In this document: piece after piece, positions 60,201-64,000 of the stretch
Position numbering within the stretch: position 1 is the first letter of the stretch
Layout: each line of letters opens with the position of its first letter
Origin: Raillietiella orientalis
Lineage: Eukaryota
Assembly: GCA_036172245.1 (NCBI GenBank)
Contig: JAYWIR010000011.1
Span: 1,612,001 to 1,676,000, forward strand
Direction: 5' to 3'
Length of the DNA stretch: 64,000 bases
Position numbers and translations under genes: made by a program
Notes under the pieces: model-generated
Database searches by the model: none
Seen by the model: only the letters and a program-made list of their open reading frames with translations
What the model was told of the DNA's origin: nothing

Positions 60201-63200
60201 GATAAAAGTTCCGGGCGAACACGACGGCATTTGTGACAGAAGGAAGGGTCACAAGTTTTTCCGTGCAGGCAAACTGCACTTACAGTGGATCGAGCACGTT
60301 CGAAAGTGGACGTATGGCCGTATGGCCAGCAAGGCCGCGGCGGCGCATTCAAGTTACGAAATAAATAAACCAAGAAAGTGCTCAGAGTGGGCCTAGCGAA
60401 GAGAGATGCTAAAGGTGTAAAAGTAGACGGGGACATTTTGCAGCATGCAGACACATACACAAACAGTTCAGGAGCGAAAGTGTGTTCTGGAGATGACTCG
60501 GGTGGCTGCTGCATTTCAAGGTTTGCAAGCCCATTAATTCAGAAACTTAACGGAAACAAGCTTTTGGATAGGGCTTGCTGGCTCAACACAGAGGTTTGCT
60601 CATCGAAGCAGTGGGCAATTCGTGAGTCATTATTCGCAAAAAAATCAAACAAGCTTTCTCTCCTGTTCCTCTAAATCGAAGAGCATTGAACCAAGAATTG
60701 GCAACCGACTTGCACGGCCAGCAGTGGGCGAAGCAAATGACAGAATGCACAGCAGACTGACCTGAAGACAATGAAGCCTACTAGGAAAGAGGCCTACGAA
60801 ACCTACATGAGAAAGAGATACTGTCCAAGAGAGCGGAGAGAGAGAGAGAGGGATGGATACGAGAGAATCACCAAGGGAAACCTCAATAGAGCCTGGAGAT
60901 ACTTCGGATATTTCGGAGATTTCAGCGGACTCTCAAACAGGACCGCAAGCTTTCTGACACCAAGAACGGAAATGCCCTCAGTGCCCTGAATGTTTCTAAA
61001 ACACTTTGCGTTCAACATATAGAAGAGTCCGATCACTAGCAAACAACACGTCTGCATGAAGAAGAGCAAGAAAGCTACGATAAGAGCCAAAATGTAGATC
61101 TACAGCCTCTTAAGTCTCAAGCCCAATTAAGTTTTGAAAACAGTCATTTGTTTTTCATGAGGTAATTACTTATCGCACTTGTTTGGCAAACATACAACTA
61201 AAGCAATAGCACTCGTATTACACGATTCGGGACGAGAGGAAAGAACACATTATACTCTTTTGTCGTTCTGTCTTTCTGGAAACAAACAAACAGAGACCAT
61301 CTAAGACAAAAGGGAAAAATGATTTTCTCGGAATGAATTGGCGGAATAATTAAACTTACAAAACAATCGCTCTTTTCGCACAAAGAACCGCGGTGACGTG
61401 TAGCATCGTGGTCCTAAATGTTGCCAAAGAAAAGGCAGGCCCATTGGCGCTGGAATTTGTCAGTCTTCATCATTTCCGAGCACAGCATTGATGAAACTGT
61501 TAAAATGCCAACATCTTTTCAGGTATGCAGCGTCACGACTTTCTGAAGTAACCAACCAACTTGATGGAATTTTAAGCCGTCGATTAAGAAGTGTCGCACT
61601 AACGAATTATGGAAGAAACCATCGAAGAGAAATTTCCGTGCAATACAAATTGAATCCAAGACAATCATAAATTCTAGGAAAGGATTGCCAAAAGATAACA
61701 CAACTCAAAACAGAAAGTGACGATTTCTGAAATGATTCTTCCTAGTGATTTCCAACTCGGAGAATACTTAGAAGCCATGAAATTGAACTCCTGACTGAAA
61801 TTGGGATCGATGGGAACGAGATCTTAAGATCGAAAGACCTCACTGTGACCTCCAGATGTGCAAATTTATGGTTGGATGGAATCTCACTTCACGGTCTGGG
61901 CGTTTTTTTTTTTTTTCTTCTTCTTTTGTTTTTGTATTTTCCAGAAACGAATTTTCGGATTTTTCCACAGTTCCCACGGATGTTTCCATGTTACATTTCT
62001 TTGGTTACCTTAATAAAAGTGCTTTTTGTTCATGTATCCGAAGCACACTCTTCAGGTCGTGGAAAAGGAAGCTGACCGCCATGCTCATTCGCTCCAGCGA
62101 GATTTTCAAAGAAGTTCTTTCTCTGTAGGCGAAAGGCAACCAAAGGCAAAAACTGACACCAATAAGTTTTTCTGGATTCCTGCACGTGAGCCCCAGCTCG
62201 AGTGACCGGAAGTTCCAGAAAACAGCCGTCTCTATTTCTAACCCATTCGGCGAGCTTTGCTGAGCAGAGTTGTTGTCCACCAGCGCTGTGGTGAAAGCGA
62301 GCGCACAAACCACATCGTGGCGAAGAGGCCAAAGGAACGGAACACTGCTGCTGCTCATGCTGCCCTTTACGGGCTGCAACCGGTTTGAATAGGTACAGGC
62401 ATATAAGCTGCATACAACCGCATAGGAACACTGCGGCGCCTGACATCGATTTCTTCTTTACAACGATGCCGTAAAAGCTGCATGCTTCTTGCGTCGTACT
62501 TTAATTCCATGGGGAAAAAAAAAAAAAATGGAATACAGATTATTAGTGACTTTCGTGCCTGCCCACAATTGGATGTTACTTAAGAAACCGTTGCATATCT
62601 TTTCGTTGCAAACTCGTCAGCAAGAACTTTGCCGTTGTACATAAATCATCGTGCTTTCAAAGGTCTTGGGTGCCAACATCATCACACTGTAGCCAAAGAC
62701 TGGGCGGTCGAGGAGAGTCGGCTTGAAATTGTACACCTCGACTGACACAAAGCAATCCGACGAAACGATCCGAAAATGCCAGCGATGTGCGAAAAATCCG
62801 GCAAACTGGTTACCACGACAACCTTCCGACCCTCGACGGTCCTCCGTTTGACGTAACGACCTCTTAAGAGAGCACCCCGGATTTCGCTTCCTCTATTTTG
62901 CCCCCGCATCGGAACAGATGGCCACGCAAAGGAATAACCCCTGAATAATACATGAAATATCTGGGCTGTTCCGTGCGCGTGGTTCCAATACAAATTAATG
63001 ATAAAATGCTGGGCATTTGTCAAAAAAGAATTCGCACGCCAAGGGCACATGCAGGAGGTTACTGAGCCACCGCTGCACTTGAGTGTCTTTTTGCGTTGTC
63101 GCTCGTTTGCGAGACACATTTATAAAATTAGTTCAATTTTCTTTTTCTCTCTCTCTCTTCGCAACTCTCCAATTTGAAAATGGAATCCCCCCTATCCATG

Positions 63201-64000
63201 CTCAACCGCTCTGGCTCATTCGTTCAAGAAGCTTCCACATAAACACACACAATTTCACATCATGCTGCTGCGAAAATCAGAATACTCAATAGTGGATGGA
63301 AATACGTTCAGTGACTCTTCAACGACTCCCGACAAAAAGAATTAACTTCTCATCAGAAAAATTGTTTAAAAATTGTTGCCACTTTGAATCAACTACCACA
63401 AGTGTAACTTTTTTTTCCCCTTTGGTGACTTGCTACTACCGATATCCGATCAACTGGCATCTTACAAATTTAGCAAGTAAAAAAGAAATGCTACAAAGCA
63501 CATACACTGAACAATTATTGAAGTCACACTTTCATAGCTTTTGCCGTTTCTTTTGTCAGCACTTTGCGACGTGCGGAGGGGGGGGGGGGGGAACACAGAA
63601 TCAGTTACAAAATTCAATGACAAAAACGAAATATTTACAAGTACCAAAGTATAAACCACAAAACATGCTATACCTTAAGTGAGTTACTTCCGCCATTAAA
63701 GGGAGAATTCATGCACATTCATATGGTTCCAAAGAAATACGCTCAAAATTTGACCGAACTCGGTACTCAGAAAATGTGAAACAGTGTCTCAAAAACATGC
63801 ATTTAATCCAAGGGGGGATTAACTGATCCAGATTAGGATAAATCGAAACATTTCGTACATCGCCCAAAAATCCTGGAAGTATACGAATATAAAATTATTG
63901 TATTTGGTACTGTATTTAGCATTTCTTGTGTGTCATAATTAAGATTACATACTTCTGAAACATTTCACTGTTGACCTAACATGGATGGAATTGGCGGAAA

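Noticed and set aside
1..64000. Prokaryotic features (operons, CRISPR arrays, rRNA)
   Set aside because: The gene is spliced, the TEs are eukaryotic, and I saw no regularly spaced repeat-spacer array or rRNA signature

Overview
This is eukaryotic DNA from an animal, probably an invertebrate (inferred from the spliceosomal introns and the transposon families). It holds one well-supported gene on the + strand: a 14-exon, in-frame, approximately 809-aa type II membrane protein of the DPP4/DPP6/DPP10 (peptidase S9B) family at 13688-29535. All three catalytic-triad positions appear substituted, so it is a predicted pseudo-peptidase. Its introns are either tiny (39-62 nt) or long (0.3-5.5 kb), and one is a probable GC-AG intron. 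Most of the remainder is decayed L1/Tx1-like non-LTR retrotransposon fragments in both orientations. Their 3' ends share a two-hairpin architecture around AATAAA, and two insertions keep 13-14 bp target-site duplications (TSDs), one of them chimeric. A near-identical inverted duplication of about 1.55 kb (31681-33235 vs 45817-47950) shows the empty and filled versions of one LINE insertion site. There is also a Tigger/pogo-like MITE and a mariner transposase remnant. Most of the listed six-frame ORFs are spurious. All homology calls come from motif recognition by eye, with no database search.
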